From the NCBI GenBank assembly GCA_024229515.1, contig JAAESI010000340.1:92808-156807 (forward strand): DNA of 64,000 bases, read 5' to 3'. A program made the translations under genes and the position numbers. Position 1 is the first letter of the stretch. Every line of letters begins with the position of its first letter. Below the pieces are notes generated by a model. The model worked only from the letters and a program-made list of their open reading frames with translations. It did no database searches and was not told the origin of the DNA. Shown here piece by piece: positions 37,156 to 53,002 of the stretch. Source of the DNA: Pseudomonadota bacterium. Its GTDB lineage: Bacteria > Myxococcota_A > UBA796 > UBA9615.

Positions 37156-39672
37156 GTGCAGCTGACCGGCCCCGACCATCCCCCCCGCTCCGGGGACCGC
37201 TTCTTAAGCCGAGGCGCGGTCGACGAGGCCGTGGCCGAAGACCTGCGCACCCTCGGCGTGGCCGTCGTGCAGGGGCCGGCCGGCTCCGGCACCTCGTGGC
37301 TGGCGATGGCGGCGGCCCGTCGGTGGGACGGCCCGGTGACGTGGATCCGCCCCGGACTGTGGATCCACCTCCACGACCTGATCGCGCCCCTGTGGGCCGG
37401 TTCCACCCCCGACGTCGTCCAGCAGGGCACCGCCGGGGGCCTCGTGGACGCCATCCTCAGCCGACTCAGCCATGAGCGACGTCTGTTGGTGATCGACGAC
37501 CTCGACGAGATCATGACCCCGACCACGGGCCCCGCCCGCATCCGCGATCACGAGCTCGGCCTGCTGCTGGGGGCCCTGGACGCCGGCGCCCTTCGATCCC
37601 CCGCCTTCGGTCACGGCGGCGTGCTCCTGGCGACCCGCCGCACCCCGCCCGGCCTGGACGTGCCCAGCCGCCCCGTCCCTCCCCTGTCCCCCGAGGACGG
37701 TCGCCTCCTCGCGGGCGAGGCCCCCTTCCCGGACGCGTGGCTCCGCCGCCCCGCCGCCCTCACCCTGGCCCGCTTCGTCCCCCCCGACGCCGACCCCATC
37801 GAGGACGACGCCCCCTGGCCCGGCCTCGTCCGCGCCCTCGCCGTGGCCCACCTCAAACGCGAGGAGCAGGAGCTCCTGCTGGGCCTCGCGGTCGTGCGCA
37901 ACCCCGCGCCCGCGCAGGCGATCGCCGAGATGGTCGACTTCCCCCGCGAGTGGGTCGACGACGTACTCCTCAAGCTGATGAACCTCGGCCTCGCGGAGCA
38001 GCGCGCCGAGGGCTGGAGATGCTCCCGGCACGTCGCCGCGGGGGCCCGCGAGGTTCTCCCCGCGATGCTCCCGGGAGTGCTCCCGCTGGCCCTCCAGGCG
38101 CGGCTCGGCGGTTGGTACATCCGCACCGGCCAGGGGTTTGGGGAGGGCTGGACCTCGGCCGAGCCGACCCGCTCCAGCCGCCTCGGGCTGCGCTACGCCG
38201 CGGCCGCCAAGCACGACGTCATGGCGCTCACGTTCGCGTTGCACGGCGGCACCTCGCCCCTGCTGGAGCGGTTCCGGGCGTGGCGCGCGCTGCGGGACGA
38301 CCTGGGCCTCGCCCTCGCCCTCGGTCCCGCCGACCGTCCGCCCGAGGAGCTCGGGGCCGGCTGGATCGCACAGGCGCGGGCGGCGATGGCGATCAGCGAT
38401 CACGGCACCGCCGAGGGCGCGTTGCGGCACGCCCTCCCGCTCGCCGAGGAGGCCAGCGATCCGGTGCTGCTGCGGCAGGTCCACGGCCACCTCGCCCGCC
38501 GCAGCTTGCTCGCCGGGAGCCCCGCGCAGGCGGGCACCCACCTGCGGTCCGCCCTCGCGCTGACCACCGACCCCGTCGGCCGCTGCGACCTGCACAACCA
38601 GCTCGGCGTGTTGGCGCTCCAGACCGGCGATCTGGAGGCGGCGGAGCACGCGTTCGCCGCCTCCCTCCAGCTCGCCGAGCAGGTCGACGATCCGCGCCGT
38701 CGCGGGAGCCGAACCGCGGGCCTCGCGGGGGTGCGGCTGTACCGCGGGAGCCTGACCGAGGCGGGGCAGCTGCTCCGCGACGCCGTCGCCATCGGCCGCG
38801 AGGTGGGGGACGACGACGGCGTGGCCCACCGCCTGGGCAACCTCGTGCTGGTCGAGCTGCTGCGCGGCGACATCAACGCGGGGCGGCGCGCGCTTCGGGA
38901 CCTCGCTGCGGTCGGGGGCGGCCCCAGCGATCGCAGCCGCTGCCGGTTCTTATCCTTGCGGGCGGGGATGCGTCGCGCTGCCGGCGATCTCGACGGCGCC
39001 TCCGGGGACCTCGCGGAGGCGAGCACGCAAGCGTCGGACGCCGGCGACCGGGAGTTGGTCGCCGACCTCGCCGGCTCCGCCGGACACATCACCCGGATCG
39101 CCGGCCACTTCGACGCCGCCGCCGGCGCGTTCGATCGGGCCCTCGGAGCCACCGCCGAGGGGGTGGACCCCGCCCTCCGGGCCAGCCGAACCATCGACCG
39201 AGAGAACGCGGCTGCCTGGGCTGCGGCCAAGAACCGCGCGACGTCACCGCTGCTGGCGGCGGGTCGGGCCCTCGGCGAGGCGCTGCGGGAGATTCCGCCT
39301 CGTCCCTTCTTCCCCCGCCACCTGACCGCCGCGATCCAGGCCGCCGAGGGGCAACTGCTGGGGGCGATGCTCGCGGGGACCACGCCCATCGGCCAGATGC
39401 GCCAGCTTCAGCGGCTGCTGGATGTGGCATCCGACGACCCCGAGCGTGCCTCCACCGGGGAGCCGGCGGCGCGCGCGTGCCTCGCCTGGGCGATGAAGGC
39501 GTGCGGACGGCACGAGGAGTCCAAGGTCCAGGCCGAGCGGGCGCGGATGGACGCCCGGATTCAGGGGCTGGCGACGATCGAAGGACGCTGCGCGGTCCTG
39601 CTGGGCGAGGAGCCGCCCCCCTGGCACGGCCAGGCCCGCCTGCTGGCGGAGCTCCTGGGCCAGGATCGGTAG
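37156..39672 (+). CDS. STAND/AAA ATPase with TPR-like C-terminal repeats
   Basis: Walker A is VQGPAGSGTSWL and Walker B is RRLLVIDDLDE, followed by long Leu/Ala-rich helical repeats. The start is uncertain (GTG 37156 or ATG 37078). Confidence 0.6.
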   Translation: MQLTGPDHPPRSGDRFLSRGAVDEAVAEDLRTLGVAVVQGPAGSGTSWLAMAAARRWDGPVTWIRPGLWIHLHDLIAPLWAGSTPDVVQQGTAGGLVDAILSRLSHERRLLVIDDLDEIMTPTTGPARIRDHELGLLLGALDAGALRSPAFGHGGVLLATRRTPPGLDVPSRPVPPLSPEDGRLLAGEAPFPDAWLRRPAALTLARFVPPDADPIEDDAPWPGLVRALAVAHLKREEQELLLGLAVVRNPAPAQAIAEMVDFPREWVDDVLLKLMNLGLAEQRAEGWRCSRHVAAGAREVLPAMLPGVLPLALQARLGGWYIRTGQGFGEGWTSAEPTRSSRLGLRYAAAAKHDVMALTFALHGGTSPLLERFRAWRALRDDLGLALALGPADRPPEELGAGWIAQARAAMAISDHGTAEGALRHALPLAEEASDPVLLRQVHGHLARRSLLAGSPAQAGTHLRSALALTTDPVGRCDLHNQLGVLALQTGDLEAAEHAFAASLQLAEQVDDPRRRGSRTAGLAGVRLYRGSLTEAGQLLRDAVAIGREVGDDDGVAHRLGNLVLVELLRGDINAGRRALRDLAAVGGGPSDRSRCRFLSLRAGMRRAAGDLDGASGDLAEASTQASDAGDRELVADLAGSAGHITRIAGHFDAAAGAFDRALGATAEGVDPALRASRTIDRENAAAWAAAKNRATSPLLAAGRALGEALREIPPRPFFPRHLTAAIQAAEGQLLGAMLAGTTPIGQMRQLQRLLDVASDDPERASTGEPAARACLAWAMKACGRHEESKVQAERARMDARIQGLATIEGRCAVLLGEEPPPWHGQARLLAELLGQDR

Positions 39673-39782
39673 ACCACCGGCGAGGGTCCCCGAAGCGCCT
39701 GCCTAGCCGCGCGCAACGCCCACCCTCGCCGCCAGCGTCCACGAAGCGCCTGCTTGCGGGGGCGGAACCGGGGGTCTGACTC

Positions 39783-40548
39783 CTAGCCGGGGGCGCCGAC
39801 CGACGTCAGGAGGTCGGCCACGTCCTGCCGTTCCACCGAGCGCGCGAGTTGCACCCACGTCGCGCCCTGGGTCTTCGCCTCGAGGTTCACCCCCGCGTCC
39901 ACGAACGCCCGCACAGTCCACCGACCCGGTACGCACGACGGACCGGAACAGCGGCGGCTGGCTCCGCACGTAGACCTTCTGGTTGGGGTCGGCGCCCGCG
40001 TCCAGGAGGATGGTGGCGGCGCCCTCGCGCTTGCGCATCACCGCCTGCGCCAACGCCGTCGCGCCGCTGATCTTCCGCCACACCAGGTCGCCGCCGGCGG
40101 CCGCGATCGCAGTGACGTCCTCGTCCCGGCCGAGGCCGACGGCCCACACCAGCAGAGGCACCTTCATGTCCGGATCGGCAGCCCCGCCGCCGTGCTCCGA
40201 GGTCCAGGCCTCCAGCGTCGGGGCATCTGACTCGACCAGGGCCACGAACGGCGTCCACTTCGCGCTCGGCTTCGCCGGCAGCAGCAAGCGCGCCGCCGGC
40301 CGGTTGCCGAACCACGCCGCGTAGGCCGCCTTGGTGGGCTTCATCCCGAACTCGAGCAGCAGCCGCAGGCCGTCGTCGAAGGACGCGCCGCCTCCGCACA
40401 TCAGCGCAAAGCCGCCGAACGGGAGCCTCTTGAAGTTCGGATCCGCCCCCGCCTCCAGCACCGCCCTCATGGCCTCCAGGTCCTTGCCCTTGACCGCCTT
40501 CTTCAATGCCTCCGTCGCCGCGTCCCCCTGCCCCGGTCGCACCCGCAC
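39783..40548 (-). pseudogene. ankyrin-repeat protein with frameshift near 39912-39917
   Basis: The track frame turns to Gly/Arg junk after ..PLFRSVVRTGSVD. The adjacent frame reads VRAFVDAGVNLEAKTQGATWVQLARSVERQDVADLLTSVGAPG and ends at TAG 39783-39785, completing an ankyrin repeat. The span is 766 nt, which is 3n+1. Confidence 0.65.
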
Positions 40549-40549
40549 C

Positions 40550-41905
40550 TCAGCTCCCCTTGGGGTCGCGGAATATGCGCAGCACCTCCTGGGTGACCTC
40601 CGGCAGCGTGAACACGACCACGGTGTCGCCGGGCTGGATCTCGTCGGTGCCGCGCGGAATGAAGACGGACTCGCCGCGCACGATGCAGCCGATGATCGCC
40701 CCCTGCGGGAACCCGACGTACATCAAGGACCGGCCGACCGCCCGGGAGCGCTCCGGCACGTGGATCTCCAGGATCTCGGCCCGCCCGTTCTCGACCTGCA
40801 CCACCCGGTGCACGTGTTCGCTGCGCACGTGCGTGAGGATGTACTCCGCCGTGCTCCGCCGAGGGCTGATGGCCACGTCCAGGCCGACGTCCGCGGCGGT
40901 GGTCAGGTAGTCGCCGCGATGCACCAGGACCAGCGTCCGGCCGACCCCCAACCCGCGCGCGAGCAGCCCCGCCATGATGTTGACCTCGTCCGCATGCGTC
41001 AGCGCGAGGAAGCCATCGACGGACTCGATGTCCTCCTCCAGCAGCAACGCGCGGTCCGTTCCGTCCCCGTGCAGCACGAGCGCGTCCCGAAGCTCCGCCG
41101 CGAGCTCGTGGCAGCGGCGCAGGTCCTTCTCGATGATCACCACGTCGATGCCGTCGCGCTCCAGCCGCCGCGCGACCTCGGCGCCGATCTCGCCCCCGCC
41201 CACGATCATCACCCGCCGGGCCCGCCGCTCGCGGCCGGCGCCGAACATCTTGTGCATGCGCGGGATGGTGTCGATGTCGCCGATGAGCCACAGGTGGTCG
41301 CCGGGCTCGACGTGGTCCCCGCCGTGGGGGATCAGCACCCGCTCTCCGCGGACGATGCCGGCGATGAGCACGCCCCGGGGCATGGAGATGTCCCGCAGCT
41401 GCTTGTTCAGGTTGCGCGAGCCCGCGTCCACGGCGATGTCCACCACCTCGACCCGGTTGTCGGCGAGGTTCTTGGCCTCGATCGCGCCAAAGCTGCGAAT
41501 GACCCGGTGGACCTCCATCGCCGCGAGCACCTGCGGGTTGATCAGCAGGTCCACCCCGACCACGTCGTGGGCGACCCCGCCGTCCTCCTCGTAGTACGCC
41601 CGATCGCCCACGCGGGCGATCGTCTGGCGGGCCCCCAGCTGCTTGCAGGTCAGCGCCGCGAGCAGGTTGACCTCGTCGCTGTCGCTGACCGCGACCACCA
41701 GATCGGCCCGCTCCACCCCCGCCTGCCGCAGCGTCGGCAACGTGCTGCCGTGGCCCACGAGGGTCTGCATGTCGGCGTGTTCGGTGGCGAGCCCGAGGGC
41801 GGCCGCGGATCGGTCCACGGCACGCACGCTGTGACCTTCGAGGGACAACGTGGCAGCGAGGTGTCGTCCGACCTCGCCCATGCCGATGATGACAATGTTC
41901 GTCAC
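40550..41905 (-). CDS. trkA: Trk potassium uptake system NAD-binding subunit TrkA
   Basis: 451 aa with duplicated Rossmann/RCK units (IVIIGMGEVG and VMIVGGGEIG) and TrkA_C-like segments. Confidence 0.9.
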   Translation of the reverse strand: MTNIVIIGMGEVGRHLAATLSLEGHSVRAVDRSAAALGLATEHADMQTLVGHGSTLPTLRQAGVERADLVVAVSDSDEVNLLAALTCKQLGARQTIARVGDRAYYEEDGGVAHDVVGVDLLINPQVLAAMEVHRVIRSFGAIEAKNLADNRVEVVDIAVDAGSRNLNKQLRDISMPRGVLIAGIVRGERVLIPHGGDHVEPGDHLWLIGDIDTIPRMHKMFGAGRERRARRVMIVGGGEIGAEVARRLERDGIDVVIIEKDLRRCHELAAELRDALVLHGDGTDRALLLEEDIESVDGFLALTHADEVNIMAGLLARGLGVGRTLVLVHRGDYLTTAADVGLDVAISPRRSTAEYILTHVRSEHVHRVVQVENGRAEILEIHVPERSRAVGRSLMYVGFPQGAIIGCIVRGESVFIPRGTDEIQPGDTVVVFTLPEVTQEVLRIFRDPKGS

Positions 41906-41932
41906 GTCACCGGGGAGTCTACCCCTCCAGCT

Positions 41933-42757
41933 CTAGAGCGCGATGGCGCTGGTGGGGCGGCGACGGCGGCGAACCGCGGCGTCGACCTCAGCCTCGGCCT
42001 CGGCGCTGGCCGCGAGCGTGTCCACCACGGCCGCGATGCGCGGGTCGACCGTGCCGAGCGAGCGAACGACGAAGCGGCCGTTGTGCTTGCCCCGGAGCAG
42101 CTGGTCGAGGTCCTCCCCGAGCGCGTCGATCTGCGCCGACAGGGACTCCAACTCCACCATCACGTCCTCTCGCTGACCGACGCGACGCTGGATCGTCTCG
42201 CGGTGGGCCCGCGCGACCTCCAGCGCCTTGCGCGCCACGTCGAGCTTCCGGTCGTCACCCCGCACTTCAAGGTCGACGGCCTGCTTCTCGAGCTTCGTGA
42301 TCTGGCGGCTGCTCTGCCACGGGTCGTTGTCGCGGCGGGCGAGGAACGCGTCGGCGCGACGCAGCTCTTCGTGCTTGGCCCGGACGTCGTTGCCGAGCTC
42401 GCGAACGCGAGACCCGACTTGCGGCGCAGCGCCGCGGCCGACCAACCGGCTCGCGCTCTCGGTCACCGTCTGCATGCGCGTGGTGATCGTCTTGAGGTCC
42501 GAGGGCACCCGGCGCACCTGGATGGGATCGACGGGCGCCAGCCCCGCCGCCTTGCGCTTGCGGCGGACCATCAGCTCGGACGCGCCGCCGTACAGCATCA
42601 AGCCGAGCAGGGCTTCGTCCAGGAGGGGGATGGGGTCGAAGAGGAGCAGGTCGAGTCCGAGGAAGGCGACCACGCCCATCATCATCAAAACCAGCGGTCC
42701 GTCTCCGAGGTTCGCGAAGAAGCGGGAGATGCCGGTTTGCGTGAGGAGGTTCTTCAT
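41933..42757 (-). CDS. membrane-anchored coiled-coil protein, hypothetical
   Basis: N-terminal hydrophobic helices (PLVLMMMGVVAFLGLDLLLF), then a charged heptad-like region. Confidence 0.5.
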   Translation of the reverse strand: MKNLLTQTGISRFFANLGDGPLVLMMMGVVAFLGLDLLLFDPIPLLDEALLGLMLYGGASELMVRRKRKAAGLAPVDPIQVRRVPSDLKTITTRMQTVTESASRLVGRGAAPQVGSRVRELGNDVRAKHEELRRADAFLARRDNDPWQSSRQITKLEKQAVDLEVRGDDRKLDVARKALEVARAHRETIQRRVGQREDVMVELESLSAQIDALGEDLDQLLRGKHNGRFVVRSLGTVDPRIAAVVDTLAASAEAEAEVDAAVRRRRRPTSAIAL

Positions 42758-42785
42758 ACGAGGGCCCTACGCGCGAGATCCGGGC

Positions 42786-43715
42786 TTATTTCTTCTCGAG
42801 TTCTTTCTTTCGCTCTTCTTCGCGACGCTCCTGGTCGGCCCAGTGCGCGTCGAACTCTTCCTCGGTCATCTTCATCACGCGCTCGCCACTGTCGAGGTTG
42901 ATGCGCTCGTAGTCCTCGTCCGTCATCGTGTCGCGGTAGTGCTTCGTGGTGGTCGTCTTCTCGCCGATGACCTCCTCCACCGCGGCGTTGACCGTGACGG
43001 GCACGTGCAGCTCGGCGCGGGCGCCGTCGGGGTCGGTGGCGGCGATGACGACCTCCCCGTCGAAGGCCTCATCCAGATCGCGCTGCTCGACGCGAACGAC
43101 CCCCCGGTTGTCCAGGTAGATGCCCGGCGGGCCCTTCAGGATCGACCATGTGAGTTCGTCCCCGTCGGCGTCTGCACCCTCCATGCGGAGGCCGTCGATG
43201 CCGGGGCGGCGGGCGATGTCGTTGAGGATCACGGGGATCGAGTTGGCGATCACGATCTCCTTCGACTCGACCGTCGCGATCTGGCCGCGTTCGTCCATCG
43301 CTTCGGCCTTCACGGAGACGCGGTCGCCCTTGCGGAAGCGGCCGGTGGCGGCGCTCAGCTCGCCCTTGGAGACACCCAGCACCGAGCGGCCGTTGACGCT
43401 CCACGTGTACTCGACCTCGGCGAACGACGAGGCGCCCGCCTGCAGCGTCGCCTCCGCTTCGAGCACGTCCTCGATGGTCACCTGCTCGGGGCCCAGGGTG
43501 ATCCCCTGGAACGCCAGCCCGGGCGCCTTGCCCGCGCGCGATGCTTCCTGAGCCGCGGCGGCGGCGTCTCGCTCCTCCTGGCGGGCCGCGGCGGCGTCTC
43601 GCTCGGCCTCCGCGTTGGCGTCGTAGTAGACCGGCGCGGTCGGCGCCTCTTCGGGCTCACCGCCACCGCAGGACGCCAGAAGGAGCAGGGAGGATGCGTA
43701 AAGCCAGGTGCGCAT
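42786..43715 (-). CDS. lipoprotein with Ig-like domain and Lys/Glu-rich tail, hypothetical
   Basis: MRTWLYASSLLLLASC (lipobox). An Ig-like segment reads DGDELTWSILKGPPGIYLD..VVIAATDPDG. Confidence 0.6.
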   Translation of the reverse strand: MRTWLYASSLLLLASCGGGEPEEAPTAPVYYDANAEAERDAAAARQEERDAAAAAQEASRAGKAPGLAFQGITLGPEQVTIEDVLEAEATLQAGASSFAEVEYTWSVNGRSVLGVSKGELSAATGRFRKGDRVSVKAEAMDERGQIATVESKEIVIANSIPVILNDIARRPGIDGLRMEGADADGDELTWSILKGPPGIYLDNRGVVRVEQRDLDEAFDGEVVIAATDPDGARAELHVPVTVNAAVEEVIGEKTTTTKHYRDTMTDEDYERINLDSGERVMKMTEEEFDAHWADQERREEERKKELEKK

Positions 43716-43727
43716 CCGGGAAGTGTA

Positions 43728-44918
<1,191 letters not shown>

Positions 44919-44961
44919 GGCGGCGGAGTGTAAACGAGTTGCGAGGTAGGATCAGGAGGTC

Positions 44962-46650
44962 TTGAACGAGCCCCGCCCGCCCGACGATCCGCTCCCCACC
45001 GAGGATCGTCCGATCCCGTTCGGGCGGTACCAGCTGCTGGAGCTGGTCGGCGAAGGGGCGATGGCGCAGGTGTTCCGGGCGACGCAGTCCGGGCCCATGG
45101 GGTTCACCAAGGAGGTGGCCCTCAAGCGGCTGCGCACGGGAGCGATCTCCCGCGACCGCAAGGAGATGGAGGCGCTCGTCAATGAGGCCCGCCTCGGGGG
45201 CCAACTGCGGCACCCCAACATCGTCGAGATCTACGGCTGCGACGTGCACGACGGCACGTTCTTCCTCGCCATGGAGTACGTGCGCGGCTGGCTCCTGGAC
45301 GACGTGCTGTGGCGGCTCATCGAGGCCGACGAGCGGCTCCCCCCGCCCGCGATCATCGACATCCTCCGGCAGATCGCCCACGGGCTCACCTACGCCCACG
45401 AGGCGGTGGACACGGAGGGCTTCCCGCTGCGGCTGGTGCACCGCGATCTGAAGCCCCAGAACATCTTCCTGGACCGCACCGGGGTGGTGAAGATCGCCGA
45501 CTTCGGGCTCGCGAAGTCCACCGCGGCGCTGTACCGCACCACCGACGCGGACGAGACCAAGGGCTCCCCGCTGTACATGTCGCCCGAGCAGATCGGCGGC
45601 TCCGCGATCGACTCCCGCAGCGACCTGTTCGCCTTCGGCACGATCATCATCGAGTTCTGCACGGGGCTGCGGGCGTTCGAGGGCAACTCGATCCCCAACA
45701 CGCTGATGAAGGTGCTCAACGTCGACTGCGAAGAGGCGATGTCGGCGATGACGAGCCAGGCGCCGGGGCTGCTCCCGATCGTCGGGCGGCTGCTGCAGGC
45801 CAACCCCGGTCAGCGCTACCAGACGGCCCGCGAGGTGGCGCGCGACCTGGATCTCCTCGCGGGGGAGGCGGTCGCGGGATCCCACACCCGGGCGCTGGTG
45901 GGGGCGCTGCTGAACGAGGAGCCGGTGGGGCTCCCCGAGACCATCAAGACGCCGTACCGGGAGCTCAGTTCGCGGCTCCAGGCGGTGGGCGCGCAGGAGC
46001 CGCTGGCGAATCGGCCGCGGCGCGCCGCCCCCGGACCGGCGTGGAAGGAGCCGCGGGGCAGCCAGAGCGTCGTGCTCGCTGAGACCAAGGGCGGCACCAA
46101 GGCGCTGCCCGAGCGTCGCGCGGAGCGGCGTCGGAAGCGGGCGCTGAAGCGGTGGGGAACGATCGGTGGCCTGCTCCTGCTGGCCGGCAGTGTCGGCGCG
46201 GTCGCGCTCCTGTGGGCCATGAACCTGGGGCCCGCCTCCATCCCCGAAGAGGAGCCCGAGGTGCCGCCCTCGGCGCCCGTGGCGGCCGAGGAGGACCTCG
46301 GGTCCGCGCCGCCGCCTCCCCTGGTGCCCAGCTCGACGGAGCTGCAGCGCGTGGGGCCGGCGATCCACATGCCGCGCGCGTCCGCCCGGGTGGGGCAGGA
46401 CCTCCCGATCGCCGTGCAGATGACCGAAGCCGGAGAGTGGAGCGTGACGGCGATGTGGCGACCCTGGCGGGGTCAGTACCGGCCGCTGGCGATGGACCAC
46501 ACCGGTGACGGCCGCTTCGAGGGTCGCGTCCCGTTGGTGGAGGAGGTCGGCCAGGCGGTCGACTACTACATCGAGTTCGATAGGGGCGCGGGGGTGCGGA
46601 CGATCGGTGGGGCGGATGCTCCGTTCCGGGTGGTTGTTCTGGACCGGTAG
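44962..46650 (+). CDS. Hanks-type Ser/Thr protein kinase
   Basis: GEGAMAQVF, ALK, HRDLKPQNIFL, DFGLAK and SPEQ are present, with a central TM segment (GGLLLLAGSVGAVALLWA). The track start is TTG. Confidence 0.85.
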   Translation: MNEPRPPDDPLPTEDRPIPFGRYQLLELVGEGAMAQVFRATQSGPMGFTKEVALKRLRTGAISRDRKEMEALVNEARLGGQLRHPNIVEIYGCDVHDGTFFLAMEYVRGWLLDDVLWRLIEADERLPPPAIIDILRQIAHGLTYAHEAVDTEGFPLRLVHRDLKPQNIFLDRTGVVKIADFGLAKSTAALYRTTDADETKGSPLYMSPEQIGGSAIDSRSDLFAFGTIIIEFCTGLRAFEGNSIPNTLMKVLNVDCEEAMSAMTSQAPGLLPIVGRLLQANPGQRYQTAREVARDLDLLAGEAVAGSHTRALVGALLNEEPVGLPETIKTPYRELSSRLQAVGAQEPLANRPRRAAPGPAWKEPRGSQSVVLAETKGGTKALPERRAERRRKRALKRWGTIGGLLLLAGSVGAVALLWAMNLGPASIPEEEPEVPPSAPVAAEEDLGSAPPPPLVPSSTELQRVGPAIHMPRASARVGQDLPIAVQMTEAGEWSVTAMWRPWRGQYRPLAMDHTGDGRFEGRVPLVEEVGQAVDYYIEFDRGAGVRTIGGADAPFRVVVLDR

Positions 46651-46725
46651 ATCGCTGCGGGGACCGAGGTTTCATTCAGGCGGCGAGGGGGACGGACGAG
46701 GCGAGAGAACCAGGCGCTTCGCGGA

Positions 46726-52050
<5,325 letters not shown>

Positions 52051-52096
52051 CCCCCCGGGGGACTTCCCCGGAAGTAGCAATCATACCCGCTCGGGT

Positions 52097-53002
52097 CTAT
52101 CGCAGCCGGATGCGCTCCGCGACCCGGGCGACCTTGGGATCGGGATCCTGAGCGAGTCGGTCCAAGCCCGGCAGGGCCTTGCTCAACGTGGGATCAACCC
52201 GGTCCAGCGAACGGAGCGCGTTCAACCGAACGTCGGGACCGGCGTCGCCGATCGCGGCGGTGAGGGCGCCCGCGGCGGCTACCACGTGGAGGTAACCGAG
52301 GGAGCGCGCGGACGCGGCGCGGACCGCCGGATCGGTGTCCTGCAGGGCGAGCACGAGGTCTTCGGCGAGCTCCTCGCCGTCCACCCGGAAGCCGAGCGAG
52401 CGGGCGGCCTCAGCGCGCACGTCGGGCAGGGTGTCGCGGAGGCCTAGAGACAGTCCCGCGAACGCGCTCTCGGGCGCGGCATGGCGGAACGACCACGCGG
52501 CCATTTCGCGGACCTTGCCGTCGTCGCTGTCGCTGAGCACGGCGAGTATGCGCTCACCCCAGTCGTCGCCAATTCGAATCATCGACATCGCCAGACCCGC
52601 CCGTGCGAGGGAGGCATCGGTTCCGTGGAGGATGCGCTCGACGACGGCAGGCTGAGCGTCCGGGTCGGCGAAGACGTCGTCGACGAAGCGCTGGCGCACG
52701 TCGCGGCGGTCATTGACGGGGCGGGCGGTCCAGACCGCCGAGAACAGCTCAGCGTCGTGCCGCCAGCCCAAGACGATGGCCGCCTGGGTGCGGACCCGGA
52801 CGTCGAGGTGGGACTCCGCGAGGTCGGCGAGCAAGCCGTCGTCGATGGCCTCGTCCAGCACGAGCTGCCGGCGGGCGGAGGGGTAGTCGGCCTCTTCCAG
52901 GTCCCAGGCGATCAGCAGCACGTCGGCGACGTCGGCGTGATCCTGCGCCAGCGCGGGGAGGGCGGAAAGGAGGGCGAGGAGGGTCAGGAGGGTTGTACGC
53001 AT
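52097..53002 (-). CDS. secreted HEAT-repeat protein
   Basis: The ATG at 53002 shares 1 nt with the upstream TGA. The signal peptide is MRTTLLTLLALLSALPALAQD. PBS-lyase-type HEAT units are DPAVRAASARSLG, GPDVRLNALRSL and DPKVARVAERI. Confidence 0.7.
   Translation of the reverse strand: MRTTLLTLLALLSALPALAQDHADVADVLLIAWDLEEADYPSARRQLVLDEAIDDGLLADLAESHLDVRVRTQAAIVLGWRHDAELFSAVWTARPVNDRRDVRQRFVDDVFADPDAQPAVVERILHGTDASLARAGLAMSMIRIGDDWGERILAVLSDSDDGKVREMAAWSFRHAAPESAFAGLSLGLRDTLPDVRAEAARSLGFRVDGEELAEDLVLALQDTDPAVRAASARSLGYLHVVAAAGALTAAIGDAGPDVRLNALRSLDRVDPTLSKALPGLDRLAQDPDPKVARVAERIRLR

Noticed and set aside
37156-39672. The STAND ATPase as an Avs/NLR-like antiphage defence gene
   Set aside because: No nuclease, protease, TIR, SIR2 or other effector domain is visible. 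The neighbouring genes are housekeeping or signalling genes, and there are no other defence genes, integrases or mobile-element hallmarks around it.
39691-39753. 12-bp direct repeat CGAAGCGCCTGC (39691-39702 and 39742-39753) in the convergent gap after the STAND gene
   Set aside because: It is short, present in only two copies, and has no associated structure. It is compatible with chance in GC-rich DNA.
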